A stretch of 64,000 nucleotides of DNA, from assembly GCA_964016885.1 (NCBI GenBank), contig OZ024746.1:64108001-64172000 (forward strand), read 5' to 3'. This document shows positions 38,306-49,290 of the stretch, piece after piece. The position numbers and the translations under genes are program-made. Numbering within the stretch: the stretch's first letter is position 1; every line of letters begins with the position of its first letter. The notes beneath the pieces were generated by a model, which was not told the origin of the DNA, made no database searches, and saw only the letters and a list, made by a program, of their open reading frames with translations. This DNA comes from Eledone cirrhosa. Taxonomy: Eukaryota.

Positions 38306-38905
38306 AGCGCCGCTAAACTGATACGTGCATATATGTATGTGTACCTCTATGCATATGTATGTATATATGTATATATATATATATATGTGCATGCTACTGT
38401 ACGTCTGTATACATATATGTATGTACGTATACATGCATACTTACATTTAAGTAAGTGCCATACTAAGAGTGAGAAATGAAATTTCGTTTTCATTTTGTTT
38501 CAATTTATCGTTTTCGGTATGCCTGACCGATTTTACTCACTCAATATGCAAATTAGGCTGCTCAGCCGTTAATTTTCATAAGGAAAGTATATACTTTCGA
38601 ACGTTCAACTATCTGGCAGATGGGTAAACGGTGCTGATGATAGCTAACAAGCTTGAAACTAGTACATCGTTCCTGTGTCAGTGTTGAACAAAAAGGTGAC
38701 GTGGTTGCCTTAACACCGTATGGCATAAATTCAGGCTGTTCAGTTTGTTTACAAACGAACAAAGCGACGTTAGCGCCGCTAAACTGATACGTGCATATAT
38801 GTATGTGTACCTCTATGCATATGTATGTATATATGTATATATATATATATATGTGCATGCTACTGTACGTCTGTATACATATATGTATGTACGTATACAT
38901 GCATA

Positions 38906-38908
<3 letters not shown>
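38306..38908 (+). mobile_element. Non-coding 466-bp unit, ~1.3 tandem copies, in (TA)n (retrozyme-like or non-autonomous PLE)
   Basis: agcgccgctaaactgatacgtgc...catgcatactta at 38306 and 38772; contains an HHR. Confidence 0.78.
38627..38671 (+). ncRNA. Minimal type I hammerhead ribozyme
   Basis: aacggtg CTGATGA t agct aaca agct t GAAAC ta GTA| catcgtt; canonical core, 7-bp stem I, palindromic ACTAGT stem III. Confidence 0.8.
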
Positions 38909-38946
<38 letters not shown>

Positions 38947-39099
38947 CACATACATATATGTAAAGCGTACATAAATTTATGATGCTGACGGTGATGATGA
39001 TAATGGTACATGCATATTTAATGTAATTATGTGGTTCAGTCTGTTAATTGACACTAATCTGGATAAAACTCATAACTGTCATCATCACTATCAATATTC

Positions 39100-39950
39100 T
39101 TACCACTTTTAGTGACCAGCATAAACACCCCCCCTCCCTCCCCCACTAACACCACCACCACCACTGCCATCATCATCATCGCCATCTTCCCCATTACCAA
39201 TAATAGCACCAGGATCATCACTATCAATAACAGTAACAACATAAATATCATTATTACTAATATCATCTGGCGGTGGATTGGCAGTATCGGTAGAGGGTCG
39301 GGCGCCATGCTTTCCAGCATAGTTACGGCCCTTTACGATCTGAGTTCAAATCCCGCCGAGGTTGACTTTGCCTTTCATCCTTACGGGGTCGATAAAATAA
39401 AGTACCAGTAATGCACTGGGTAATTGCTGGCCTTGTGCCTAAAGTAGAAACAATTATTACTAATATCATCAATATTAAAACTGGCATCCTTATAATCATC
39501 ATCATCATCACCATCATCATTGCCATCATCATCATCATCATCATCAATAACACAAATATCATTATTACTAATATCACTATTAAAAATGGTATCATCATCA
39601 TCATCATCATCATCATCATTATCATCATTACCATAATTGTCCTTATCATCATCATCATCATGAACAACATAAATATTATTACTTATATTATCACTGTTAA
39701 GGCTGGCATTATCATCATCATCATCGTTATCACCACCATAATTGTCTTTATCATCATCATTAACAACATAAATATTATTACTTATATTATTGGAGGCACA
39801 TGGCTTAGTGGTTAGATGATTATGATGATGATGATTATCACTTTTAAGACTGGCATTATCATCATCATCATCATCATCATCACCATCAACAACAATAATA
39901 GCATGAATATTCTTATTAATAATATCATTATTATAATTGGTATTATCACC
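39100..39950. repeat. Degenerate (ATC)n/(ATT)n low-complexity region
   Basis: Visible directly; source of poly-Ile and poly-Met ORFs. Confidence 0.9.
39269..39452 (+). mobile_element. Full-length SINE A with 18-bp TSD
   Basis: TSD attattactaatatcatc at 39250-39267 and 39453-39470; intact A and B boxes. Confidence 0.93.
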
Positions 39951-40248
39951 AGGGAAGAAATGATATTAGTGTTTACCTCATTACTATCACCACAACCATA
40001 ATGGAATTATCAAGTATGATAACCACAACTTTTCTTTTATCACTAACACAAATGTTACTATGTACCATACCACCATCACTACTACTAGCAACATCACTGT
40101 CACCACCTCCAACAACAACACAACCATGTCAAATATAGTTGAAAAAGTAAAGTGTCAAAGTATTTCTCATCTTGTTAGTTTTTATCCTTGTCTCATGTGA
40201 AATTGATGAGGGTTGTATGTACAGGACATCATTTACAATGCTTTGCTA

Positions 40249-40333
<85 letters not shown>

Positions 40334-40467
40334 ATATATATATAAAGACCCTCTTCCTGCTATATCAAGCGTTAACCTAATATATACCTTCCATATACTG
40401 TACCGATTGTGTTGTTATTTCTGTTTACCTTTTACATACACACACACACACATATATATATATATAT

Positions 40468-42643
40468 TTCTTACGTGACAACTTGCTGCAGGCTACTGAT
40501 GAAACTTGTGGCTGGAGCAGAGCTCCAACCAGACAGAGAGTGATCTGGTGGTGGAACAGCACAGTAGATAAGGCTATTAGAGACAAAAGACTAGCATGGA
40601 AGGCTTGGAAAAAGGGTGGGAGTAGGGAAGAATATACAGCCACTAAGAGAGAAGCTAGACATCAGGTGTACTTAGCACGCAGGGAGGCAGAGAGTAGGAG
40701 GTTTGCCAATGTTCTGCGACGGGAAGATCAGAGGCGTGCGGTGTTCCACATTGTAAGGCAGTGTGTCAATGCAAATCAGGATGTTGTTGGAGATAAATGT
40801 GTCCGGGATGATGCTGGTGTACTAATGATCAAAAAAAGGACGCCTGGAAATGTCATTATGAGAGACTGATGAATGTGGAGAACAAATGGGAGAGAGAGAA
40901 ATTACCCTTGGTAGATCCGACAGAGGGACCAGCTATTGAGATTGACGAATATAGGGTCCAAGAGGCGATTAGGGAAATGAAAAATGGTAAGGCTGCCGGA
41001 CCATCGGGAATAATTGCTGAGATGCTGAAGCCATCAGGGCACGTAGGCACTAAACTGGTTGCACGCATCATCAATCAGGCTATATTTGGTGGTCATACCC
41101 AAAGACTGGTGCAGCAGTATTCTCATAAATTGCTACAAAGGTAAAGGGGATGCTTTGGAGAGGAGCAATTATAGGGGTATAAAACTGATAGATCAGGTTA
41201 CGAAAGTGGCAGAAAGGATTTTAGCACAACTAATTAGAGAAAGGGTCAAACTAGATGAGATGCAGTTTGTTTTGTGCCTGGGAAGAGTACAACAGATGCC
41301 CTCTTCTTGGTGAGACAATTGCAAGAGAGGTTCTTAGAGAAGAATAAGCCACTATACTTAGCCTTTGTTGACCTAGAGAAGGCCTTTGATAGGGTACCCT
41401 GATCTGTCATCTGGTGGTCCCTAAGGAAGCTGGGTGTTGAGTAATGGCTTGTGAGGACAGTACAAACTTTGTACAGAGGTACTCTCAGTAAAGTCAGGGT
41501 AGGAGTGGAGTTTAGTGAGGAATTCCAGATACAAGTAGGAGTACATCAGGGTTCGGTCCTCAGCCCGTTCTTGTTCATTATAGTCCTCCAAGCCATAACA
41601 GAGGAGTTTAAGACTGGCTGTCCATGGGAACTTCTTTATGCTGACGATCTGGTTCTTATAGCAGAATCAGTAGAGGAGCTAGAGAATAAATTCTGGCTAT
41701 GGAAACAGCAGTTGGAAGCAAGAGGACTGAGAGTGAATCTAGCTAAGACAAAAGTGTTGATGAGTAGAAAAGAGGACAAAACCCTGATTCCGTCAGGGAA
41801 ATGGCCATGTTCGATATGCAGAAAAGGAACTGGCATAAATTCTATAAAATGCACACAATGCAGATCTTGGGTACACACGAGATGTAGCGGGATAGCAGGC
41901 AAACTAACAGGTAGGGAGAAATATGTATGCAGTAGATGTACAGGGAAATTAGACAGTAGAAGTCGCATTGATAGACACATTTTTCAAATTCAGGAGGGCG
42001 TTATAGAAGTGGTGGATAGCTTCCGGTACCTAGGAGATCAGATTAGCATGGGAGGAGGGTGTTCCGAGGCCATAGTATCTAGAATAAGGACGGGTTGGAA
42101 GAAGTTTAGGGAGCTGCTTCCTCCGTTGACAAAGAAGGGTTTCTCCCTGCGTACGAAAGGCCGGTTGTATGATGCCTGTGTGAGGAGCGCGATGCTGCAT
42201 GGTAGTGAGACATGGGCAGCAACTGCAGAGGATATGCGACGGCTGGAGAGAAATGAGGCAAGCATGCTCCGTTGGATGTGCAGTGTAAATGTGCATGAAC
42301 GACCCAGCATAAATGCGTTGAGAGAGAAACTGTGTCTGAGAGGGATAGAATGTAGTGTACGGGAGAGGAGACTGAGGTGGTATGGACATGTGATGTGTAT
42401 GGAGGATGACCGATGGGTGAAGAAGTGCCAGGAATTGCCAGTTGAAGGAAGACGTGGTAGAGGTAGACCACGAAAAACATGGGCGGAGGTGGTAAGAACA
42501 GACCTCAGATCATTGAAGCTCACGGTGGAGATGACGAGGGACCGTGACGAGTGGAGAGATGCTGTGCTAAATAAGACCCATCCCACCCTTGCAAGCAGGG
42601 AAAAGCGGACGTAAAATGATGATGATGATGATGATGATGATGA
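40468..42643 (+). mobile_element. 5'-truncated RTE-clade LINE, disrupted
   Basis: MKNGKAAGPSG, KGKGD...NYRGIKL, QGSVLSPFLF, LYADD, LRWYGHV; frameshifts and in-frame stops at ~41400 and ~41442; (ATG)n tail; no endonuclease domain present. Confidence 0.95.
41451..42614 (+). pseudogene. Reverse transcriptase C-terminal half of RTE ORF with embedded PHD-type finger
   Basis: 387-aa open segment with YADD motif and C4HC3 motif at 41808-41939. Confidence 0.92.
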
Positions 42644-43356
42644 TATATGGGAGTCTGGCAGGTTTTCTCCAAAATGGTTGACTAAATATGTGCTTTCCTC
42701 TTGTGAGCAAATATTTTTTCGTTTCTTCTTTTTCTTATCTCATCCGTCTTTCTATTTCTTCTTCTCTCTCTCATTCTATCTCCCAATAAAGGACTACCAC
42801 CTGAAACATTAAGACTTAAGTTAAACTGGACCATATTATTCTCCTATGTTATTTTCTTTGGTGACTTTTTACATTCATGTATGTAGTTGTGGGTAGAAAT
42901 GAAAGGAAAGAGCAAACAAGACATAATATGGAAGTCAAGTATTTATATTAAAAGTTTCACTTAACTCCACACTACCAGCTGCTTCAAGATGAAAACACAA
43001 CTAAATAATCAAGTGTATTTGAGAGAAGTAAAATAAGATAGGGAATGTAGTTTGGGGATTCCAATGGTTGGTTCATGTCACATGGTGGTGTTGATGAGTC
43101 AGTAACAGCACAAAGAAGTTTCTCTTGGTGTCACCATTAATCTCAGTAGAATCCAGTCATATTGTCCTTGTTATCTCCTTTGGATTCCTAGTGGCATCAA
43201 TGAGTCTGGTAGATCTTTTGCTCTATCTATCCAATGTTGGTGGTGTGCTGAATGTTCAATTTAGGTATAAGATGACCTTTGACAATTGTGATGTTGGATG
43301 GCAATATGAGACAGGCGAGGTTCCACTCCATCTGAGAGACCAGATATATATATAAT

Positions 43357-43701
43357 GGAGGCACATGGCTTAGTGGTTAGAACATTGGGCTTGCAATCGA
43401 AAGGTTGTGAGTTCAATTCTCAGACCGGGTGATGTGTTGTTTCCTTGAGCAAGACACTTTATTTCACATTGCTCCAGATTACTCAGCTGTAGAAATGAGA
43501 TGATAGGATTGGGGTCCCTATCATTCCACTGTAAAGTGGACGTGTAGGCGCCATGGCAAAAAAAAAAAGCACCCAGCACTCACTGTAAATGAGGTTGGTG
43601 TTAGGAAGGGCATCCAGCTGTAGAAATCAAGCCAGAATCAGTTCTCGTCCCACCCTTGCAAGCAGGGAAAAGCGGACGTAAAATGATGATGATGATGATG
43701 A
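43357..43701 (+). mobile_element. Full-length tRNA/CORE-like SINE B with RTE-derived 3' tail
   Basis: A-box tggcttagtgg (43366), B-box gagttcaattc (43409), CORE-like ccttgagcaagacacttta, last 35 nt identical to the RTE end. Confidence 0.92.
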
Positions 43702-43709
43702 TATATATA

Positions 43710-44122
43710 GTCGTTGGAAGCCTTGGAGTGGGGAGACTCAGGAATACCTGGGATGAGGTGATTAAAACCGACCTTGCCCAATTGCACCTCTTAAAGGAGA
43801 TGACATATGACCGGGGTCTCTGGTGATACACAATAATACAGAAAACAAGCTTCCCTTCCCACAAGCACAAGGTGAAGTTTATGTACAGTATGCCCCACCC
43901 CCAGCCCACACTGTAAAGTGGACATGTAAAAGGCATGGCAAAAAGCACCCAGCACACACTGTCAATGTGGTTGGCATTAGGAAGGACATCCAGCTGTAGA
44001 AAACCAGCCAGAAACACCCCTACATGAATGAGACATGGTTACCCGACCCAACTTGCCTTTAAATGGGACCCGCCTAACCCATGCTAGCGTGAAAGATGGA
44101 TGTTAATCGATGATGATGATGA
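43710..44122 (+). mobile_element. RTE ORF end plus composite tail
   Basis: gggagactcaggaatacctgggatgagg (RPRKTW-like), then 48-mer, ggaaggacatcc module and (GAT)n. Confidence 0.75.
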
Positions 44123-46007
44123 TGGTGTATCTAAAATCCCAACTGCGGTTGCTAAACGGTTTCGGCTTGTATGCTCAGCAAGCCTTTTCAAAGGTGTAGT
44201 AATATTTGCAGAGTGTGTAAAAATAGGTCACTAGCCTTGGTATTGCTTTGGCCGAAGAAACCCCTGTATCTCTCCTGAGACTGGATCTTTATACATCTGG
44301 ATCTTTATACATCTGGAAAATTTTTAGTCTGTGTTGGTTGAATATAGGAAAGTAGTACTAGAGTGTACTCTCAATCGTGTTGAGCAAGATTAGGTCATCA
44401 TCATCATTTTACAGTTGCTTTCCATGCTGGCATAGTTTGGATGGGTTGATCATATGTTCAATTTTGTTATGATTTCTATACCTGGGTGCCTTTCCTAATG
44501 CCAACCATTCTTGTGTGTACTGTTTTCTAGATAGATTTTGTCCCTGGCAGAATTAAAGGAAAAGGAGATCCTATCAAGCCTACATCACCTCAGTTGCTAC
44601 CACTTTACAGGCCATACATCATAGCACCACTACTAGGGAGTTTGCTTTGGGGCTTGTATGACAAAAGTGTGTTCACTACTTTAAATTATCTTTAAACAAT
44701 ACACAGAGAGTATCTAGGGGTAGGAAGACAGGGAATTTGAGTGAGGAGGAAAGAAAGGAGGCAGAAGTTAATGAGAAATGGGAGAAGGGAAGAGAGAGCA
44801 AATGGCAAGTGGTGTGAGAGTGATATATATTTGTGAAGAATGGTTTTAGGGAGACAGAGTGATGGCTGGCAACATAGAGAGGGTTGTGGTTAGTCATACA
44901 GGTGCTAATGAATCTAATGCTCTAATAAAGTTGATAGCAGAAAATCTCATTCTATTTAATTCATGACAAAAGTGACCAGAGTTGGATCCTTAAATTGCTA
45001 TGGTAACAGTAAAAAGAACTAAGATGCTATTTTCATTAGTTAGAATAATAATCTCTATTTACACCACGTTGATCTAACCAATAGGATTCCTGATTATATC
45101 TATCTTTGATTCTCTAGAAAACCAGCATCAGCTTCATTCAAAAACATACGTTACAATTGATGTCATATTTTCAGTTAAAAAGAAATGACAGAATCAGACT
45201 TGGCTGTCTTCTGATAAGTGATATTATATAATCATTTGCAAAATCTATGAAAAGGCCATTTGGATCATATGACAGTGAATTAACTAGATATAGTGGCTAC
45301 AATATGATGTAATCAGTTCATTCCAAGCTCTATCATACAGCTTTCGTATTTATATCTCACAGCTTTACAATATGATAGACAATGAGACAACAGGATTAAC
45401 GACACAGAAAATATTGAATTTTTGCAATGCAAATAGTGCTAAACACAGTAGCCTGCCACAACAGTTTTGCTTTATAATACCTTGTCATTATTATAAAAAC
45501 AACAGTTTACAAATTATCAACAATGAACAGTCACAAAATTCTACTTAATATTCGGCCAGCCTCTATTCCATACATATTTACCTCATGCACCAGTACTTCT
45601 ATTCACACTGTTCCATGATAAAACTATGTCTTCTACACTGTTTCTATAGCAAAATTATTTATGTGAACCATGTTTCTTTCTGTGTTTACACCAGTTAATA
45701 TATTATAGGGAATTTCTTTCTATCAAAGTAAACTTAATGTTGACTTAAAACTCATTGAACTTTCTGAATGCCATATTTTTGGCCACTGCAGTTTGCCACA
45801 ACCTTCCATGCGGTTGTAATAATACTTCTTATATGTAGTTTGTACAGAATAAAAATCTTTTGTAATATCAACTTGATATAGTGTCATTCACAACTTTTGC
45901 CCAAGAGTGATTATAAAATTATTATAGCTGTATGGAAAACCAGTAGTTTTTCCTCTTCACAACACAAATATTTTCTATGGGAAGACAAGAGCCAATGCAG
46001 CTTAACA

Positions 46008-46170
46008 CCGGACGCCATGCTTTGACGCAAAGAGTTACGGCCCGATCCATTCTGAGTTCAAATCCCGCCGAGGTCAACTTTGGCTTTCATCCTTACGGGG
46101 TCGATAAAATAAAGTACCAGTAATATACTGGGATAATTGCTGGCCTTGTGCCAAAAGTAGAAACAATTAT
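46008..46170 (+). mobile_element. 5'-truncated SINE A
   Basis: B-box, core and tail intact. Confidence 0.88.
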
Positions 46171-46220
46171 CTTTTGAGGAGTTACCAGAATGAAGTTAAA
46201 GACAATTTCTGAATGCTTTG

Positions 46221-47585
46221 CTCTATATTACTCTCCATAATATTAGACTCTATATTATACTCTCCCTAATATTAGACTCTATATTATACTCTCCATAATA
46301 TTACACTTTATATTATACTCTCCATAATATTACACTTTATATTATACTCTCCATAATATTACACTTTATATTATACTCTCCATAATATTACACTTTATAA
46401 TATACTCTCCATAATATTACACTTTATATTATACTCTCCATAATATTAGACTCTATATTATACTCTCCATAATATTACACTTTATATTATACTCTCCCTA
46501 ATATTACACTTTATATTATACTCTCCCTAATATTACACTTTATATTATACTCTCCCTAATATTACACTTTATATTATACTCTCCATAATATTACACTTTA
46601 TATTATACTCTCCATAATATTACACTTTATATTATACTCTCCATAATATTACACTTTATATTATACTCTCCATAATATTAGACTCTATATTATACTCTCC
46701 CTAATATTACACTTTATAATATACTCTCTTTAATATTTCACTGTATATTATATTATACTCTCTATAATATTACACTTTATATTATACTCTCCATAATATT
46801 ACACTTTATATTATACTCTCCATAATATTACACTTTATAATATACTCTCCATAATATTAGACTCTATATTATACTCTCTTTAATATTTCACTGTATATTA
46901 TATTATACTCTCTATAATATTACACTTTATATTATACTCTCTATAATATTACACTTTATATTATAGCATACTCTCTATAATATTACATTCTACGTTATAT
47001 TATACTCTCTATAATATTATACATTATACTCTCCATAATATTACACTCTATATTATATTATACTCTCTATAATATTACATTCTACATTATATTATACTCT
47101 CTACAATATTACACTATTACATTATACTCTCCATAATATTACACTCTATATTACATTATACTCTCCGTAATATTACACTCTATATTATACTCTCCATAAT
47201 ATTACACTCTATATTACATTATACTTTCCATAATATTACACTCTATATTATACTCTCCATAATAATTACACTCTATATTACATTATACTCTCCATAATAT
47301 TACACTCTATATTACATTATACTCTCCATAATAATTACACTCTATATTATACTCCCCATAATATTACACTCTATATTACATTATACTCTCCGTAATATTT
47401 CACTCTATATTATACTCTCTGTATTATTTCACTCTATATTATATTATACTCTTCATAATATTTCCCTCTGAAATATACTCTTCATAATATTACACTCTAT
47501 ATTATACTCTTCCTAATATTATTACACTCTATATTATATTATACTCTCCATAATATTTCACTCTATATTATATTATACTCTTCTA
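46221..47585. repeat. 29-bp (variant 34-bp) AT-rich minisatellite
   Basis: Unit ctttatattatactctccataatattaca; strong strand asymmetry, very few G on + strand. Confidence 0.95.
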
Positions 47586-47659
47586 TGTACTTAATATTGA
47601 TTTCTAACAAAGCATGAAGTTTCTGCAATGAGTAAAATCAATTAGATTAACATTGGTGC

Positions 47660-47995
47660 TTAACTAGTACTGAACTGTCTATTTTAATAAACTAACTGTA
47701 GTTTTATTGACACCAGTACTTAACTACTACTCAACTGTCTATTTAAATAAACTAACTGTAGTTTTTACTTCAGTTCTTAACTAGTACTGAACTGCATATT
47801 TTAAAAAACTGTAGTTTTATTAACACCAGTACTTAACTAGTACCGAACTGCCTATTTTAATAACCTAATTGTAGTTTTATTGACACCAGTACTTAACTAG
47901 AACTCAACTATCTATTTTAATAAACTAACTAGTTTTATTGACACCAGTACTTAACTAGACATGAACTGTCTACTTTAATAAACAGTAGTTTTAAT
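47660..47995. repeat. ~57-60-bp tandem repeat, about six copies
   Basis: cagtacttaactagtactgaactgtctattttaataaactaactgtagttttattgacac. Confidence 0.88.
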
Positions 47996-48547
47996 GGAAT
48001 TTTATTGAAAACAATTGTACAGCCGTTAAATATAAATGAGAAAGCTGTATAATATTACCACTGTAGCCGCCTTAAATCCAACTGATTTCCTACTAATATT
48101 TTGACTGATCATATATCACTTATCAGAAAATAGACTTCCTTTTGCTTTGCTGCTTCTGTCATTTCATACTAACCAAAAATATGACATTTTAAAGTATGTT
48201 TTTGTGTCATGCTGATTGTGGTTTCTTGGAGAATGAAAGGTGTATCAAGCTGTGAGTTAATAGGTTAGAATAATTTTGTTAGAAACAGTACTTTAATCTT
48301 GATTGGCATGGTTTAAACGAAGATTATTATTGTAACGACTGAAAACAGCAGCTTAGCTACTTTTTTTTTTTGGGGGGGGGGGGGCATAACAATGAGCTGG
48401 ATTTGTCAATAATGCTACAATCTGTTTGAGGAGTCAAGTTCAATCAAATATGTCAGAAATTAAACCAAATGAGTATTTTCATTTATGGATTAGGTAGCCT
48501 TAGAAGAAAAATTACACTGAGAAAAATACTCTGAGGGAAATGTTATA

Positions 48548-49290
48548 TTCTTCATTTTTTCCTCTTCTTTGTCTTTGTCTTTTCTTCTTCTTCGTCTTTG
48601 TCTTTTTTCTTCTTCGTCTTTGTCTTTTCTTCTTTCTTGTCTTCTTTTTCTTTGTCATCTCTTCTTTTTCTTCATCTTTGTCTTTTTCATCTCCTTCATT
48701 TTTGTTGTTTTCCTCTTTGTGGCTTCTTCTTTTTCGCCTTCTTCCGCTTTTTTGTCTTCTTTTTTGTCTTCTTCCTGCTTTTTCATCTTTTTTGTCTTTG
48801 TCATCTTCCTCATCTTCTTTGTTGTCTCCTTTGTTGTCTTCTACTTCTTCCTCTCCTTCATCTTCTTCTTTGTTTTTGCCATCATCTTTATCATCTTCTG
48901 AGAGAGTCATGATTCAGTATCCCCAAACACACTTTCCAGATGGTCCTATGAGAAGCCACTGTCTCCAAATGGTCTGGCTGGATCTCCTACGAGTTGGCTT
49001 TGCCTGTAAAATGTGTCCAGTAATTCTTTCCTCAGATATTCCAACCACAAGTTAGTAGTATCAGAGCTGACATTTCTCAAAGCAAAGCGTAGTGGCTCTA
49101 CCTGGAACAACTCCCTCATCTCCAAAGACTCTTCAGAGGAACCCAGTTGGATCACCAAGTGAGACCAACTGAGCTTATGGATGTTATTCAACCATTTTGC
49201 TTGTAGTCTACCTCTGGGTCTCTTGCCAGTGGCTTTGCCTTTAAAACTTTCATAGCACAGTAGACAGTATGTCAGTCTCATATTCCAAAC
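48548..49290 (-). mobile_element. Second RTE family 3' fragments with long degenerate (GAA)n tail
   Basis: Minus ORF KATGKRPRGRLQAKWLNNI; 48548-48900 is CTT-rich simple sequence. Confidence 0.7.

Noticed and set aside
43357-43430. Possible tRNA gene
   Set aside because: A and B boxes present, but it is the head of a multi-copy SINE with no acceptor stem closure or terminator
44158-44197. Minus-strand TTGAAAA-ggcttg/caagcc-GAAAC, a U3-A8-type HHR half
   Set aside because: Stem II is perfect but I could not find stem I/III partners or a cleavage triplet
48512-49055. Acidic/basic low-complexity ORFs of 100-170 aa
   Set aside because: Translation of a degenerate (GAA)n retroposon tail
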